64,000 nt of DNA from Tubulanus polymorphus (lineage: Eukaryota; Animalia; Nemertea). Location: contig NC_134027.1 in the NCBI RefSeq assembly GCF_964204645.1, forward strand, positions 17,012,560 to 17,076,559. Reading direction: 5' to 3'. Below, in pieces: positions 1 through 14,470 of the stretch. The translations under genes were made by a program, and so were the position numbers. The notes beneath the pieces are model-generated. The model ran no database searches and was not told the origin of the DNA. It saw only the letters and a list, made by a program, of their open reading frames with translations. How positions within the stretch are numbered: position 1 is the stretch's first letter; every line of letters begins with the position of its first letter.

Positions 1-2789
1 AATAAAACTAAAACAAATTTAGAAAATACATTGAAATTAGAACATAAAGATGATATATTAGAAACTAAATTAGATGAATTAAAGAATGAAAAAGAAACAT
101 ACAAATGTGATACATGTAATCAATAATTCAGTGAAAAATGATATTATGAACAACATACATGGAAGATGTAACAAAATTATATTAATTCATTAGATAATAA
201 AAAAGGAAATAGAGATAACTGAACCATTCAAAAGTGATATTGGTCCAGCTGCTATTGAGTATAAATTTCACAAAGGTAAAACATTAGAAGAAAATAAAAA
301 ACATATAATATGAAAATATGAAAAATATTATAAAAATAACTACTTATGTTGAATACCCTAAAATTAGCATATCAGTTAAAGTTAAGTTTATAAAATCTGA
401 AGATAAACCAATATATAATATAAATTCCCATTCACAACATAATATTTCAAAACAGCATATAGATGAAAAATTAGATAAATGTTATAATGAAGTAAAAACT
501 AAAATAGAAGAGAAATATTTTGAAGGATCAGGTTTAATATTTGATGAAATAATATTTATGACTTTACATGTTTATAACACAAAATATAATAAGTTAACTA
601 AATCAAAACCAATTGACGAAAATAATTTATCATATTATAAAGATGATAATATTAATGGATCAAGTTATATTAAACTACCATTTAAAACTAATGCTGTTAT
701 AAATGTACAAAATTCTGATGATAAATGTTTTCTATGGACAATTATAAGTTGTTTACATCCAACAGAAGATATTACACATAGTCTAAGATTAACAAATTGT
801 AAACAATTTGAAAATAATTATAAGATAGACAGTTATCCTGTTAGAATTAAAAATATCCCAAAAATAGAAAGAGATAATAATCTGAAAATAAATGTATTCG
901 ATTTAATCAAATACAAAAGGCAATAAAATTGAACATTTTACATTAGAACCTCTATACCTATCAAAAGATTATGATTCAAATGGTGTTATAAATATATTAT
1001 ATTATGAAAATCATTATATGTGGATTAAACAAATCGATTCAATTTTTAGAACAGAAAATGATCACCATAAAATGTATCTATGTAGAACTAAATGTATAAC
1101 TAAATTCAGTAATGAAAGTGCATTATTAAATCGTGAACCATTATGTGATAATCATGATTATTGTAAAATAGTTTTACCAAATGAATAGGATAAAATATTA
1201 GAATTCAAAAAATATGATTACAAGAATAAAGTACCATTTGTAATATATGGAGATTTTGAATCACTAATTAAGGAATTAACTGATCAATATAGAAAAGAAA
1301 TATATTATAAAAGAAAGAAATTAAATTCTAATGAAAATGATGTAATTGATTATTCAGATCCTCCAATAACAAATACTATTAAAAAGATTCATCAAAGTGC
1401 TACAGCTTTTAGATTATATATAAAATCTGATTATCCAGTTGAACTAATTGAAAGTGAATATTATAATTATAGAAATGAAAATGTTATAATTCATTTTTGT
1501 GACTTATTAATTGAGTATGAAATCAAATTTAGTAAAATATTAAATACAAATATAGAAATAATTATGACAGAAGAAGATAAAGAAGAATTTGAGTTTTCAG
1601 ATAAATGTAATTATTGTGAAAAACTATTTAATTTTAAAGATAAAAAAGTAAGAGATCATGATCATTTGAATGGAAAGTTTAGAGGTGCAGCGCATGAGAA
1701 TTGTAACTTAAAAACTAAGAAAATTAATTTTGTTCAAGTAATATTTCATAATTTATCAGGGTATGATGCACATTTATTCATCAAACAGCTATGTCAAAAA
1801 ATAGAAGAAATAATTAATGAAATAGAAAGATTGAATTTCAAATAGATGAAAAGATGAAATACCAACTTATAAATTTAAAATCTTAGCTAAAACATCTGAG
1901 AATTATATATCTTTCCAATTTGGATGTCTAAGATTTATAGATTCATATAGATTTTTAAGTAGTTCATTAGATAATTTATCTAAATCATTAGTTGATGATG
2001 AATTAAAAATAATGAAACTACACTATCCAAATGAAAATGATTTTCAATTAATGAGATATAAAGGAGCAATTCATTTTATGAGAATCATAATGATTTTAAC
2101 ATAACTGAATTATTAAAAGAACAATAATATATAATAGAACATTGAATATTTGGAATGAAAAATCATGGACAATTAGTAGATTTATATTTAAAATCAGATG
2201 TATTATTATTAACTGATATATTTGAAAGGTTTAGAGATGTAAATCTAAAATATTTTAATATTGATCCATGTCATTGTTATTCATCACCAGGTTTAACTTG
2301 GGATTGTGGTTTGAAATTTACAGATATAAAAATGGATTTGTTAACAAATATACATCAATTATTATTATTTGAAAAATCTATAAGAGGAGGAGTTTCAGGT
2401 GTATTGGGTGATAAATATTTCAATGTAAATGATAACTCTGGATATAAGTTATTATATATAGATGCAACTAATCTATATGGTTGTGCAATGATGGAACCAC
2501 AACCTTATGGAGTATTTCAAATAACTGAAGTTTTACAGTATGAAAATAATGATAATTTTGATTGGAAGAAAAGAACTCTAGATATATCAGATGATTCAGA
2601 TACTGGTTACTTCTTTGTTGTAGATTTAGAATATCCTGAAAAAATTAGATTTAAATCTAGAAATCTAGCATACTGTCCCGAACATAAAACTGTAACACAT
2701 GAAGAATTATCAAATTATCAAAAAAGAATTAAACCTGAAAATCATATTCATACAGAAAAGTTAATGGTAACTCAGGAAGATAAATATAA
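1..2789 (+). pseudogene. polB: Polinton/Maverick protein-primed family B DNA polymerase (element P1), disrupted and 3'-truncated
   Basis: ORF fragments 318-926, 1564-1845 and 2155-2789 are colinear with the minus-strand pPolB at 37715-41701. Motifs: VRDHDHLNGKFRGAAHENCN (endonuclease VII-like insert), FHNLSGYDAH (exonuclease), SIRGG, YIDATNLYG. Similarity stops after QEDKY at a Helitron2 terminus. Confidence 0.95.
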
Positions 2790-4235
2790 ATATAGCTGCC
2801 AAGCAGCGATGACGGGTTTTCTGCAAAGCCATTCAGAAAGATGGGAATTGTAGTAAATTGAAATATCGATACATAGAATAAAATGCATTGACAGATTCGA
2901 ACCTAATATGCTACCACTGTGTAAACGTCAAATATGATTCAGCTTTGAAACCGAACATACGCGGACGTACAATCAACAAATATTAATTTATTTGACCAGG
3001 CATTTATTTTGGCATTCAAACATCAGGATACTGTATTATCACCATGCTTAAAAATGGATCTGTCCTATTAAGAACTCATCTTAAGCACCTGCTGAGTCGA
3101 TAGATTGAGTGAATTTACAGATAAGAACGTATTATGATTTAGAATAGATTTAAGAAGTTAATGTTTTTATTGAAATATTTGAATAAATACATATATTGTA
3201 GTGTAGATTCAATCAATAAATTATGAATTGATCTGGTCTGGGTTTCCGGCTGATGTTGATTTTGGCTTTTATGGATTACAAATTCTATAGTGATAAACAA
3301 TTGATACCTGCAACTGTGTGTAAATCAAACCTATTCCACTAGTTGCATGTGTTTCCTAATAAACGGGAGAGTCACTCTTGATCTGAGTTATTAGAAAAAT
3401 AATGTTCATTTAGTTATAGAAATTCATTGCCATTTTGGAAATTCTGTAATAATATTTGTTCTGTCCTAATTTTTAGTACCGTATGAACCAATGATATGCT
3501 TTGTAAATATGATGTAATAAAATAAATTTGAATTTGAATTAAATTTGAACATGAGAATCAAGCATAACTTGTGTTTTTTCAACTTGTCTTTTGTTAACAG
3601 TTCCAGAGTTTCAATTACAATCAAATCCAAATTGGCTAAAAAGTACATAAGACTAAATGAAATGAACCGTTAGTTACTGCAAACCTATTCCAGTGTTATG
3701 TCGATCGTGTTGAATCACTTTCCTTGAGTTGAAAGAATCAGATCTTCTATGGTGCAACATCGGTCGAAGAGAGATAACTTGGTGTTGACTGTCCTTGACC
3801 ATCTAACTGCATGCGTTTGACATTGGAATCAGCATCATACCCATTTGAACTGCAAAATATTCATACAACCTACAGTACATGTATACAGTAATCAAACTTT
3901 CACCGATGTTGGATATTATGAACGTTGGGCTTATTTCAGTATTCTAAAAAGCAGGAAATAATAAGCCCAATCAATAGGCCCTATTCCCATTGGAACAATT
4001 GTATAATGCGTACGCTATACTGTACACTTATCAGTCAAGAATGGAGAAATCGGTATACCAAACCTACGAACAGCAAAATGTACAGGCCTACAATGATTTC
4101 TGGTATACAAGCCGTGACCACATGAACGTTTTGGTTTGACTATTAATGTCAGCAGGTCAGAGAAGGCCTGGCCAAATTTATTCACATGGCTCAAATCAAT
4201 TAGCCTTTCTGCGTGTGAATACTTCACTGTATTGT

Positions 4236-4397
4236 GGGATCATTCATTTATTACGTACGCATTAGGGGAGGGGAGGGGTCAGGGCAATTACGTACTGTAA
4301 TGCTTAATGTACATGAAAAAATGGCAGGTTTTGCGTACAGAGGGAGAGGGGGTTGAAATAATCAAATTTTATGCGTACGTAATAAATGAATGATCCC
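4236..4397. mobile_element. MITE, PIF/Harbinger-like
   Basis: TIR GGGATCATTCATTTATTACGTACGCA / TGCGTACGTAATAAATGAATGATCCC; 3-bp TSD TGT on both sides. Confidence 0.85.
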
Positions 4398-4604
4398 TGT
4401 TTTAAAAATAGGCCTATCGAGTGAATTAGTATATAGACTGAATTAGACTTTAGGCTAGTCCTGGCCAAAACCTATCCATGTTATAATTGCACCAGTTATA
4501 GTAACATAACTGTAGGGCCGATGAGAGGGAAAAAGTTGTGTTTCTAGTACATAGGCATGGTAGGCCTGTCGTACTCACTTAATACCCGGTACTTAAAACG
4601 CTGT

Positions 4605-5070
4605 TGTTACCTGTACGTGACTGTATGGTGATTTCTACAGGTTAGCCGTATGTGAGTATGTTGACGCTCAGACTTGCAATATTGGGATTCGAAACCAAAC
4701 GAAAAAAAAATCCAGTTGTAGTCCAGTGATTTACCCATTGTGCCACAGAACGTAACTGCAGGGTGGATGAATTTGATTTACAAATAGCCTAGCCTCACCT
4801 AACCCAAACTCTATTATTTCACGCATGCACGTTTGCAGATTATAGGAACTCACTTACGGCCTTTTTAGGGAACTCACGTACGGTTAACCTGTGGATATCA
4901 CCGTACAGTCACTGGCACGTACGGGTAACAACTTCGTACTTAAAAAATGGTATTGGCTACTAGGAACTCACGTACGGCGTTAGTAGGGAACTCACGTACG
5001 GTTAATCTGTGGAGATCACCGTACAGTCACGTACGAGTAACAACTACGTACTTACTGGTATTGGCTACTA
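4605..5070. repeat. Short inverted and tandem repeat cluster (GGAACTCACGTACGG.. units)
   Basis: 4605-4660 is an inverted copy of ~4870-4930, which is duplicated again at ~4988-5045. Confidence 0.6.
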
Positions 5071-5235
5071 TATAATAGGCCTATAGACAAATAAATACCG
5101 GTACTGCGGTAGGCTTTCTTAGCTTCTTCTTCTTCTTCTTCTGATAACTGTCAACATCAACTGGTTGATGAAACACAGTGTATAGGTGTGCGCAAATAAA
5201 TATATACAGACATGACTAATAAATTTAGTATAAAT

Positions 5236-5281
5236 ATAATAATAATAATAATAATAACAACAACAACAACAACAATAACGA

Positions 5282-5319
<38 letters not shown>

Positions 5320-5422
5320 GCGACGACGACGACGGCGGCGACGACGACGGCGGCGACGACGACGGCGGCGACGACGACGGCGGCGACGACGACGGCGGCG
5401 ACGACGACGACGGCGACGACGA

Positions 5423-5472
<50 letters not shown>
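5236..5472. repeat. Compound microsatellite (ATA)n(ACA)n(ACG/GCG)n
   Basis: Directly visible; explains the spurious poly-T and poly-V ORFs. Confidence 0.97.
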
Positions 5473-5473
<1 letters not shown>

Positions 5474-6443
5474 ATCTTAGAATCCTGTTCAACGGTGGAT
5501 TTTGACGAAGCATTTGATAAGGCACAACATCAGCCATTACTAAACAGGCTATTAGGAAACAGTATCAATGATAGGTCGCCCAAATGGCTCAGCAGTTATC
5601 TCTGAACGAAAACTTGTAGCTGAAATCAACGGAACGCCTCATCTTGGAATAAGTCGGTCAAACTAGTGGAGTCACGCAAGGTAGTATCCTATCTTCTGTT
5701 TAATACCCTGACAAAAGACATACACAGTAATCCAATACATACCAGTAAATTTCCAAATCGACCTTAACACGCTGTTCGACCAAAAAACTTAATGTTCCAA
5801 CAAGAAAATCTTCTTCATTCTGACAAAAAATGTGTTCGAATAAAAAGCTATGTTATTGTTGAAATGAAAAAAAATCAGGTTGAGCGAACACAATTTTTTT
5901 CGAACGAATGTTTGAATGAAAACAATTCTGTTCGATTGAACAAAATACTTAATACTTTCGGTTCGGAGAAAAAACTTTGTTCAATATACTTGTTCGAACG
6001 AAAAACTTAATGTTCTGACAAGAAAATTCTTTTCAAATTAAAACGATTCCGTTCAATTGAATGATTGTTCGAACGAAAAACCTTTCGTTTGGACAAAAAA
6101 AAAGTTTGTTCAACTTTGTTCTAACGATTCTTTCAAATTGGTTCAATTGTATAGAATATTATTGGTTCAAACGAAATAAATTTTGTTCCGACGAAAGAAT
6201 TTTCAAGCGAAAGGTCTTTTGAACGAAAAAAAAGATATTTCTGGTGCTCCGCAGTAACTTAAAGCCAGACGTAGGTTGTTCTTGTGACTCGATGCGATCC
6301 TCGCGTTGCATTGCAAGTCGCTTGCAATACGATTGTGTGCGACTAGTTTCTGCCAGTCGCAAGAGCGCGTCGGTTGGTTGTGACAGTCGTGTCGCGTCGC
6401 AGAAAGTAGAACACGTACGACTCAATGTGACTGGCGTTGCTGA

Positions 6444-6921
6444 AAGATGAGGACGCCAGTGATATGACGACTGAGTTTCAAGTCGTCAAAACGTCACGAT
6501 ATGTCGACATATTCGTGTCGAATTGATGCGATATATTGACATAAATATGGCGACTTGTCGAGTTGGAACGCAACAACTCGAGTCCCTTTATCGCTTCCGT
6601 AGATCTTTCATTAAGTAGGATCACTTGAATGATCGCTTTAATATCACTTTAAAAGAAAAAGAATCTGCCAAAATGACCTTAATATTCGACACTATATCTA
6701 CGGAAGCGATAAGGGGCCTCGAGATGACGCGTTCCAACTCGACAAGTCGCCATATTATTGTCGACATACCGCGATATATCGCGTCAAGTCGACATGAATA
6801 TGTCGATATATCATGACGTTTTGACGACATATTTCGTTTTCTCAACCATTTTCCTCGCGACAAGTCGACATATTCATGACGACTTGAAACTCAGTTGTCA
6901 TATTACTGGCGTCCTCATCTT
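6444..6921. mobile_element. Foldback/MITE with long inverted arms
   Basis: AAGATGAGGACGCCAGT..(6444-6604) is inverted at ~6696-6921 (..ACTGGCGTCCTCATCTT); a third partial direct copy lies at ~6997-7120. Confidence 0.7.
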
Positions 6922-7211
6922 ACATTTAGACATCTTCAACGTCTTCAAATGACGGCTTGTCCCGTGGAAAATAAGCAAATAAGCGAAATTTGTCGTGAAA
7001 ACGTCACGATACGTAGACATATTCATGTGGACTTGACACGATATATCGCGATATATCGACATAAATATGGCGACTTGTCGAGTTTGAACGCGACAACTCG
7101 AGGCCCTTTATCGTTTCCGTACTATATCAGATTAATCGACTTCAAAATAGGCGAATGCATAAGTCTTTATTACGTTATTAATTGGCGTAATTATTCAAAA
7201 GCTAATAATGT

Positions 7212-8745
7212 GGGCGACAAAACCAAAAAAAATAATTGTCGCGGGCGATAAAACCAAAATAATCAATTGTCGCGGGCGATAAAACCAAAATAATCAATTG
7301 TCGCTGGCGATAAAACCAAAATATTGAATTGTCGCGGGCGACAAAACCAAAAAAAATGAATAAAACCAAAAAACCAATAAAACCAAAATAATGAATTGTC
7401 GCAGGCGATAAAACCAAAAAAATGAATTGTCGCGGGCGATAAAACCAAAATCTTGAATTGTCACGGGCGACAAAACCAAAATATTCAATTGTCGCGGGCG
7501 ACAAAACAAAACTAATGAATTGTCGCGGGCGGTAAAACCAAAATGATGAATTGTCGCGGGCGATAAAACCAAAATATTGAAGTGTCGCAGGTGATAAAAC
7601 CGCGACAAAAAGAAAAAAAAATTGTCGCGGGCAACAAAACCAAAATATTCAATTGTCGCGGGCGACAAAACCAAACTAATGAATTGTCGCGGGCGATAAA
7701 ACCAAAATAATGAATTGTCGCGGGCGATAAAACCAAAATATTGAAGTGTCGCAGGCGATAAAACCGCGACAAAAAGAAAAAAAAATTGTCGCGAGCGATA
7801 AAACCAAACTAATGAATTGTCGCGGGCGGTAAAACCAAAATAATGAATTGTCGCAGGCGATAAAACCAAAATATTGAAGTGTCGCAGGCGATAAAACCGC
7901 GACAAAAAGAAAAAAAAATTGTCGCGGGCGACAAAACCAAAATATTCAATTGTCGCGGGCGACAAAACCAAACTAATGAATTGTCGCGGGCGATAAAACC
8001 AAAATAATGAGTTGTCGCGGGCGATAAAACCAAAATATTGAAGTGTCGCAGGCGATAAAACCGCGACAAAAAGAAAAAAAAATTGTCGCGAGCGATAAAA
8101 CCAAAATAATGAATTGTCGCGGGCGATAAAACCAAAATCTTGAATTGTCGCCATTGTCGCGTGCGACGAAACCAAAATAATGAATTGTCGCGGGCGATAA
8201 AACCAAAATATTAAATTGTCGTGGGCGACAAAACCAAAATATTGTTTTGTCGCGGGTGACAAAACCAAATTAATGAATTGTCGCGGGCGATAAAACCAAA
8301 ATAATGAATTGTCGCGGGCGATAAAACCAAAATAATGAATTGTCGCTGGCGATAAAACCAAAATATTGAATTGTCGCGGGCGACAAATCCAAAAAATGAA
8401 TTGTCGCGGCAGGAAAACCAAAATCTTGAATTGTCGTGGGCGACAAAACCAAACTAATGAATTGTTGCGGGCGATAAAACCAAAATAATGAATTGTCGCG
8501 GGCGATAAAACCGCGACAAAAAAAAATTGTCGCGGGCGATAAAACCAAAATAATGAATTGTCGCGGGCGATAAAACCAAAATAATGTATTGTCGCGGGCG
8601 ATAAAACCAAAATATTGAATTGTCATGGGCGACAAAACCAAAATATTGATTTGTCGCGGGTGACAAAACCAAATTAATGAATTGTCGCGGGCGATAAAAC
8701 CAAAATAATGAATTGTCGCGGGCGATAAAACCAAAATAATGAACC
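7212..8745. repeat. ~30-bp satellite array (AAAACCAAAATAATGAATTGTCGCGGGCGAY)
   Basis: Tandem units with internal palindrome TGTCGC-GG-GCGACA; ~150-bp higher-order periodicity at ~7560-8090. Confidence 0.95.
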
Positions 8746-10474
8746 AAAATTATTGTTTTGTCGCGTTATTTTAGTTTTGTCGTTTTGTCATAATGTCGCC
8801 CTCATTTGCATATACGTGTTTTTTTTACGTATGGCCCTTATCAGCCACCATAATAAAGCCTTAAGGTCGCGTAAAACTCGATAAACACTTCAAGCGACAC
8901 AGCGAACGATCTCCTTTCCCCCACAGCGAACGCTTAACCTAGTAGAGGCTACTAGCCTATGTAGGCCTATGTATATGCGTAGGCCTAATATCCGGACAGA
9001 TTGGTCGTAGGCCTATTGAATTTAACAACCCACCTAAATATCGTAAATTTTGTTTTGAAGTTCAATCCAATGAGTCCGTTAATAAACGCAACAATTGTAC
9101 TGTGTTTGTTTGAGACAGTAAAGCTCAGTACCGGTAGGCCTAAAGCCGCGTTAAACTCCATAAACACTTCAAGCGACACATCGAACGATCCCTTTCCCCC
9201 ACAGCGAACGCTTACTCCGAATGTCAAGTGTGAGTCCAGCATACGGAAAGGATTATGTGTTATATACTTGTATTTAGTAAATACCTTGTGCATTTGTCAA
9301 TGATCGGTATGTACTGTAGGAAATATAGAGTATTGATGGTATTGATATAGAGGTTGAAGCCCGCGGCCGAATAAAGTAATATATTCTTTTATTTTGATAC
9401 CTCGTCGACATAACAGCTTTTCTCCGCTATATCTCTTCGGCGTGTTTAGTTTAGGCCTACGATTCCCCGGTACACTAAAGATTTATCTTAGTAAATACAC
9501 GGTTAATTCGGTAAAGAAAAATAGGTATTGTTATACTAACTCCTTGAAACCCGCAGCCAAATCACTGGTAGTAATAAATTAATTTGTACTCGATTTGATA
9601 TTCATGATGAGGAGAAACTCGCAGCTGATCCCCGTAACGACGATGTAGTAACACACGTCGATTCGTCGATGTTTACGGCTCGACAGTGCTTGTAAAATCT
9701 AAAGTAGTAAATTTCCAGTGTATCGGTAATATGATTTGATGAGGAAAATGGGCTATTGTTAAAATCACTGTTTGAAGACCGCGACTGAATTTGAAGTCTG
9801 CGGATAAATTAGTTCATTTATACTTGAATTGATAATCGAAGTGACAGTCGGCCTGCGGGTTGATTTCGGGATGACGACTCGAAAAACATGTCGCCCCATT
9901 GAATGGGGCTAAATTTTCTATGTTTACGGCCCGACAGCGCTTTTGCAACGATGATTCGTGAAAAAACACGCGGGCTATTTGTAGATCTCAGTGAGCTGAA
10001 CGATATTATATGGATTGTATATGAAACAGCGGTAAGGTAACAAAGCCTATGTTCTTTTGGTAAAAATAGTGTGGAAGAAAATAATAATAAATATAGCTGC
10101 AAAGCAGCGATAACGGGTTTTCTGCACAGTCTTAGAATCCTGTTCAACGGTGGATTTCAACAAAGCATTTGATAAGGCTCAACATCAGCCATTACTGAAC
10201 AGGCTATTAGGAAACAGTATCAATGATAGGTCGCCCAAATGGCACAGCAGTTATCTCTGAACGGAAACTTGTAACCGAAATCAACGGAACGCCTCATCTT
10301 GGAATGAGACGGTCTAACTAGTGGAGTCACGCAAGGTAGTATCCTAAGTCGTCTTCTGTTTAATGTCCTGACAAATGACATACACAGTAATCCAAAATAT
10401 ACCAGACCGAGTAAATTTCCAAAACAACCTTAACACACTGTTCGACCAAAAACTTAATGTTCCGACAAAACCAC

Positions 10475-10740
10475 GGGCGACATAACCAAAATTATGAATT
10501 GTCGCGGGTGACAAAACCAAAATATTGAATTGTCACGGGCGACAAAACAAAAATAATGAATTGTCGCGGGCGATAAAACCAAAATAATGAATTGTCGCTC
10601 GGGCGTTAAAACCAAAATATTGAATTGTTGCGGGCGATAAAACCAAAATAATGAATTGTCGCGGACGACAAAAACAAACTATTGAATTGTTGCATGCGAC
10701 AAAACCAAAATAATGAATTGTCGCGGGCGACAAAACCAAA
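10475..10740. repeat. ~30-bp satellite array (same unit as 7212-8745)
   Basis: Tandem units visible. Confidence 0.9.
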
Positions 10741-10741
10741 C

Positions 10742-11850
10742 TAGGGGTCCAGGGACACCATGCTCACTTGGGCAGTGGTTTCAAATGCTCAACAATCTAA
10801 CAATTTCAATACATAACGCCCTCTAGTGACCATATACAAAAACCAATGACCTTGAAACCCACCACAATCATAGAACATGTGAGCAGCTAGGATTTTGTAA
10901 TTTAATATGGAAATACTAAGTTATTCTACTATTCAACGACCCCTGGTGACCATATGCAAAACCCAATGACCTTAAAACTCACCACAATCGTAGTACATGT
11001 CATGAAATACAACTTTGCAATTGATCATAGTAACAAAATATGCCTAAGTACCAATCTAATAAGGAAATACTAAGCCATTCTACTATTCAGCGCCCCCTGG
11101 TGACTATATGGAATAACTAATGTCCTTAAAAACTCACCACAATCATAGACGATGTCATGAACTACAACTTTGCAATGGATCATGGTAAGAAACTATGCCT
11201 AAGTACCAATCTAATAAGGAAAAACTAAGCTTTTCTACTATTCAACGCCCCCTGGTGACTAAATGGAATAACTAATGTCCTTAAAAACTCACCACAATCA
11301 TAGACGATGTCATGAACTACAACTTTGCCATGGTAACAAAATATGCCTTGGTACAAATATAACATAGCGATACTAAGTTATTGTATTATCCAACGCCCCC
11401 TGATGGCCACATATAAAAACCAATGACCTTGAAACTCACCAAAATCATAGAACACGTTATGGGCTACAACTTCCCAATTGAATATAGTAACACAATATGC
11501 TTAGGTATCAATTAATTGTGGAAAAACATTTTCCCACCTACGAATGAGTACTGATGACATCAAGATGGCCGCCAATTGCGTCATAATTGGCTGATCAAAA
11601 ATACCTGTCCCAGGTATAAAACATCCCTCTCTAAAGAATATCCATCAGCAATTGCAATGAGAAATGGCAAACCAGTAGGAAGCTACAGGACCTAGAATTC
11701 TGGCCAAAATTGACATTTTTGGGCACTAAAAAGGTCATAGGACGGCCATCTTGAGTCAGATCGACCCAATTTTCTTATGCTGATGGGCCTTTGGTAGATT
11801 CAAATATAAACGAAAGATCAAGGTAATTGATCAAAGCGTCTTCAAAATTT
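10742..11850. repeat. Interspersed repeat with ~110-150-bp internal tandem units, interrupting the satellite
   Basis: Repeated AACGCCCCCTGGTGAC..CCTTAAAACTCACCACAATCATAG units at ~10815, 10935, 11090, 11245 and 11392. Confidence 0.7.
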
Positions 11851-11855
11851 TCTTC

Positions 11856-12335
11856 GGGCGACAAAACCAAAATAATGAATTGTCTCGTGCGACAAAACCA
11901 AAATAATGAATTGTCGCGGGCAATAAAACCAAAATAATGAATTATCGCGGGCGATAAAACCAAAATATTGAATTGTCGTGGGCGATAAAACCAAAATAAT
12001 GAATTGTCGCGGGCGACAAAACCAAACTAATGAATTGTCGCGGGCGACAAAACCAAAAAAAGAATTGTGGGGGCGACAAAATCAAAATAATGAATTGTCG
12101 CGGGCGACAAAACAAAAATGGTGAATTGTCCAGGCGACAAAACCAAAATGGTGAAGTGTCGCGGGCGACAAAACCAAAATAATGAATTGTCGCGGGCGAT
12201 AAAACCAAAATGATGAATTTTCTCGGGCGACAAAACCAAAATAATGAATTGTCGCTGGCGATAAAACCAAAGTAGTGAATTGTCGTGGGCAATAAAACCA
12301 AAATATTGAATTTCCGCGGGCGACAAAATCAAAAT
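11856..12335. repeat. ~30-bp satellite array
   Basis: Tandem units visible. Confidence 0.9.
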
Positions 12336-13381
12336 CATTGTTTTCTCGCGTTATTTTAGTTTTGTCGTTTTGTCGTAATGTCGCCCTCATTTGCATATTC
12401 GTGTTTTTTTATCTTATCAGCCACCATACAAAAGCCTTAAGGTCGCGTAAAACTCGATAAACACTTCAAGCGACACAGCGAACGATCTCCTTTCCCCCAC
12501 AGCGAACGCTTACTCCGAATGTCAAGTGTGAGTCCAGCATACGGATAGGAGTGTGTTATATACTTGTATTTAGTAAATACCTTGTGCATTTGACAATGAT
12601 CGGTATGTACTGTAGGAAATATACAGTATTAATAAATGGTTGAAGCCCGCGGCCGAATAAAGTAATATATTCTTTTATTTTGATACCTCGTCGACATAAC
12701 AGCTTTTCTCCGCCATATCTCTTCGGCCTGTTTAGTTTAGGCCTACGATTCCCCGGTACACTAAAGATTTATCTTAGTAAATACACGGTTAATTCGGTAA
12801 AGAAATATAGGTATTGTTAAACTAACTCCTTGAAACCCGCAGCCAAATCACTGGTAGTAATAAATTAATTTGTACTCGATTTGATTCTCATGATGAGGAG
12901 AAACTCGCAGCTCATCCCCGGAACGTCGATGTAGTAACACATGTCGATTCGTCGATGTTTACGGCACGACAGTGCTTTTAAAATCTAAAGTAGTAAATTT
13001 CCAGTGTATCGGTAATATGATTTGATGAGAAAAATGGGCTTTTGTTAAAATCACTGTTTGAAGACCGCGACTGAATGTGAAGTCTGCGGCAATAAATTAG
13101 TTCATTTATACTTGAATTGATAATCGAAGTGACAGTCGGCCTGCGGGTTGATTTCGGGATGACGACTCGAAAAACATGTCGCCCCATTGAATGGGGCTAA
13201 ATTTTCGATGTTTACAGCCCGACAGCGCTTTTGTAACGATGATTCGTGAAAAAACACGCGGGCTATTTGTAGATCTCGGTGAGCTGAACGATATTATATG
13301 GATTGTATATGAAACAGCGGTAAGGTAACAAAGCCTATGTTCTTTTGGTAAAAATAGTGTGGAAGAAAATAATAATAATAA

Positions 13382-13642
13382 TAATCACGCGGATATCAAT
13401 AGGGTTTTCTGTGAAATAACAGAAAACCCTAATAATAATCACGCGGATATCAATAGGGTTTTCTGTGAAATAACAGAAAACCCTAATAATCACGCGGATA
13501 TCAATAGGGTTTTCTGTGAAATAACAGAAAACCCTAATAATAATCACGCGGATATCAATAGGGTTTTCTGTGAAATAACAGAAAACCCTAATAATCACGC
13601 GGATATCAATAGGGTTTTCTGTGAAATAACAGAAAACCCTAA
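13382..13642 (-). repeat. Five tandem ~52-bp Helitron2 5'-terminal hairpin units
   Basis: (AAT)n-CACGCGGATATCAATAGGGTTTTCTGTGAAATAACAGAAAACCCT x5, identical apart from AAT count. Confidence 0.9.
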
Positions 13643-14470
13643 TAATGAATTGTCGCTGGCGATAAAACCAAAGTAATGAATTGTCGTGGGCGATAAAACC
13701 AAAATAATGAATTGTCTCGGGCGACAAAAACAAAATATTGAATTGTCACGTGCGACAAAACCAAAATAATGAATTGTTGCGGGCGACAAAACCAAAATAA
13801 TGAATTGTTGCGGGCGATAAAACCAAAATAATGAATTGTGTCGTGCGACAAAACCAAAATAATGAATTGTCGCGGGCGACAAAACCAAAATAATGAATTA
13901 TCGCGGGCGATAAAACCAAAATATTGAATTGTCGCAGGCGATAAAACCAAAATATTGAATTGTCGCGGGCGACAAAACCAAAAAAAAAATTGTCGCGGGC
14001 AACAAAAACAAAATATAAAACCAAAATAATGAATTGTCGCGGGCGACAAAACTAAAAAGAAGGATTGTCGCGGGCGACAAAACCAAAATAATGAATTGTC
14101 GCTGGCGATAAAACCAAAGTAATGAATTGTCGTAGGCGATAAAACCAAAATATTGAATTTTTTGCGGGCGACAAAACCAAAATATTGAATTGTCGCGGGC
14201 GATAAAACCAAAATATTGAATTGTCGCGGGTAACAAAACCCCAAAAAAATTGTCGCGGACGATAAAAACAAAATATTAAAAAAAATAATGAATTGTCTAG
14301 GGCGACAAAACCAAAAAGAAGAATTGTCGCGGGCGACAAAACCAAAATAATGAATTGTCGCTGGAGATAAAACCAAAGTAACGAATTGTCGCGGGCGATA
14401 AAACCAAAATATTGAATTGTCGCGGGCGACAAAACCAAAATAATGAATTGTCGCGGGCGACAAAATCAAA
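13643..14470. repeat. ~30-bp satellite array
   Basis: Tandem units visible. Confidence 0.9.

Larger units (their letters stand above)
10091..13432 (-). mobile_element. Non-autonomous Helitron2 copy inserted into the (TAA)n tract of a related copy
   Basis: 3' terminus (hairpin GCTGC-AAA-GCAGC plus ATIR GGGTTTTCTG) at 10091 directly follows AATAATAATAA of the upstream copy; first matching 5' hairpin ends at 13432. Confidence 0.7.

Noticed and set aside
5157-5537. Mucin-like Thr-rich and Val-rich ORFs
   Set aside because: Trinucleotide microsatellite.
13382-13642. CRISPR-like array of palindromic repeats
   Set aside because: No unique spacers, no cas genes, eukaryotic context; the units are Helitron2 termini.
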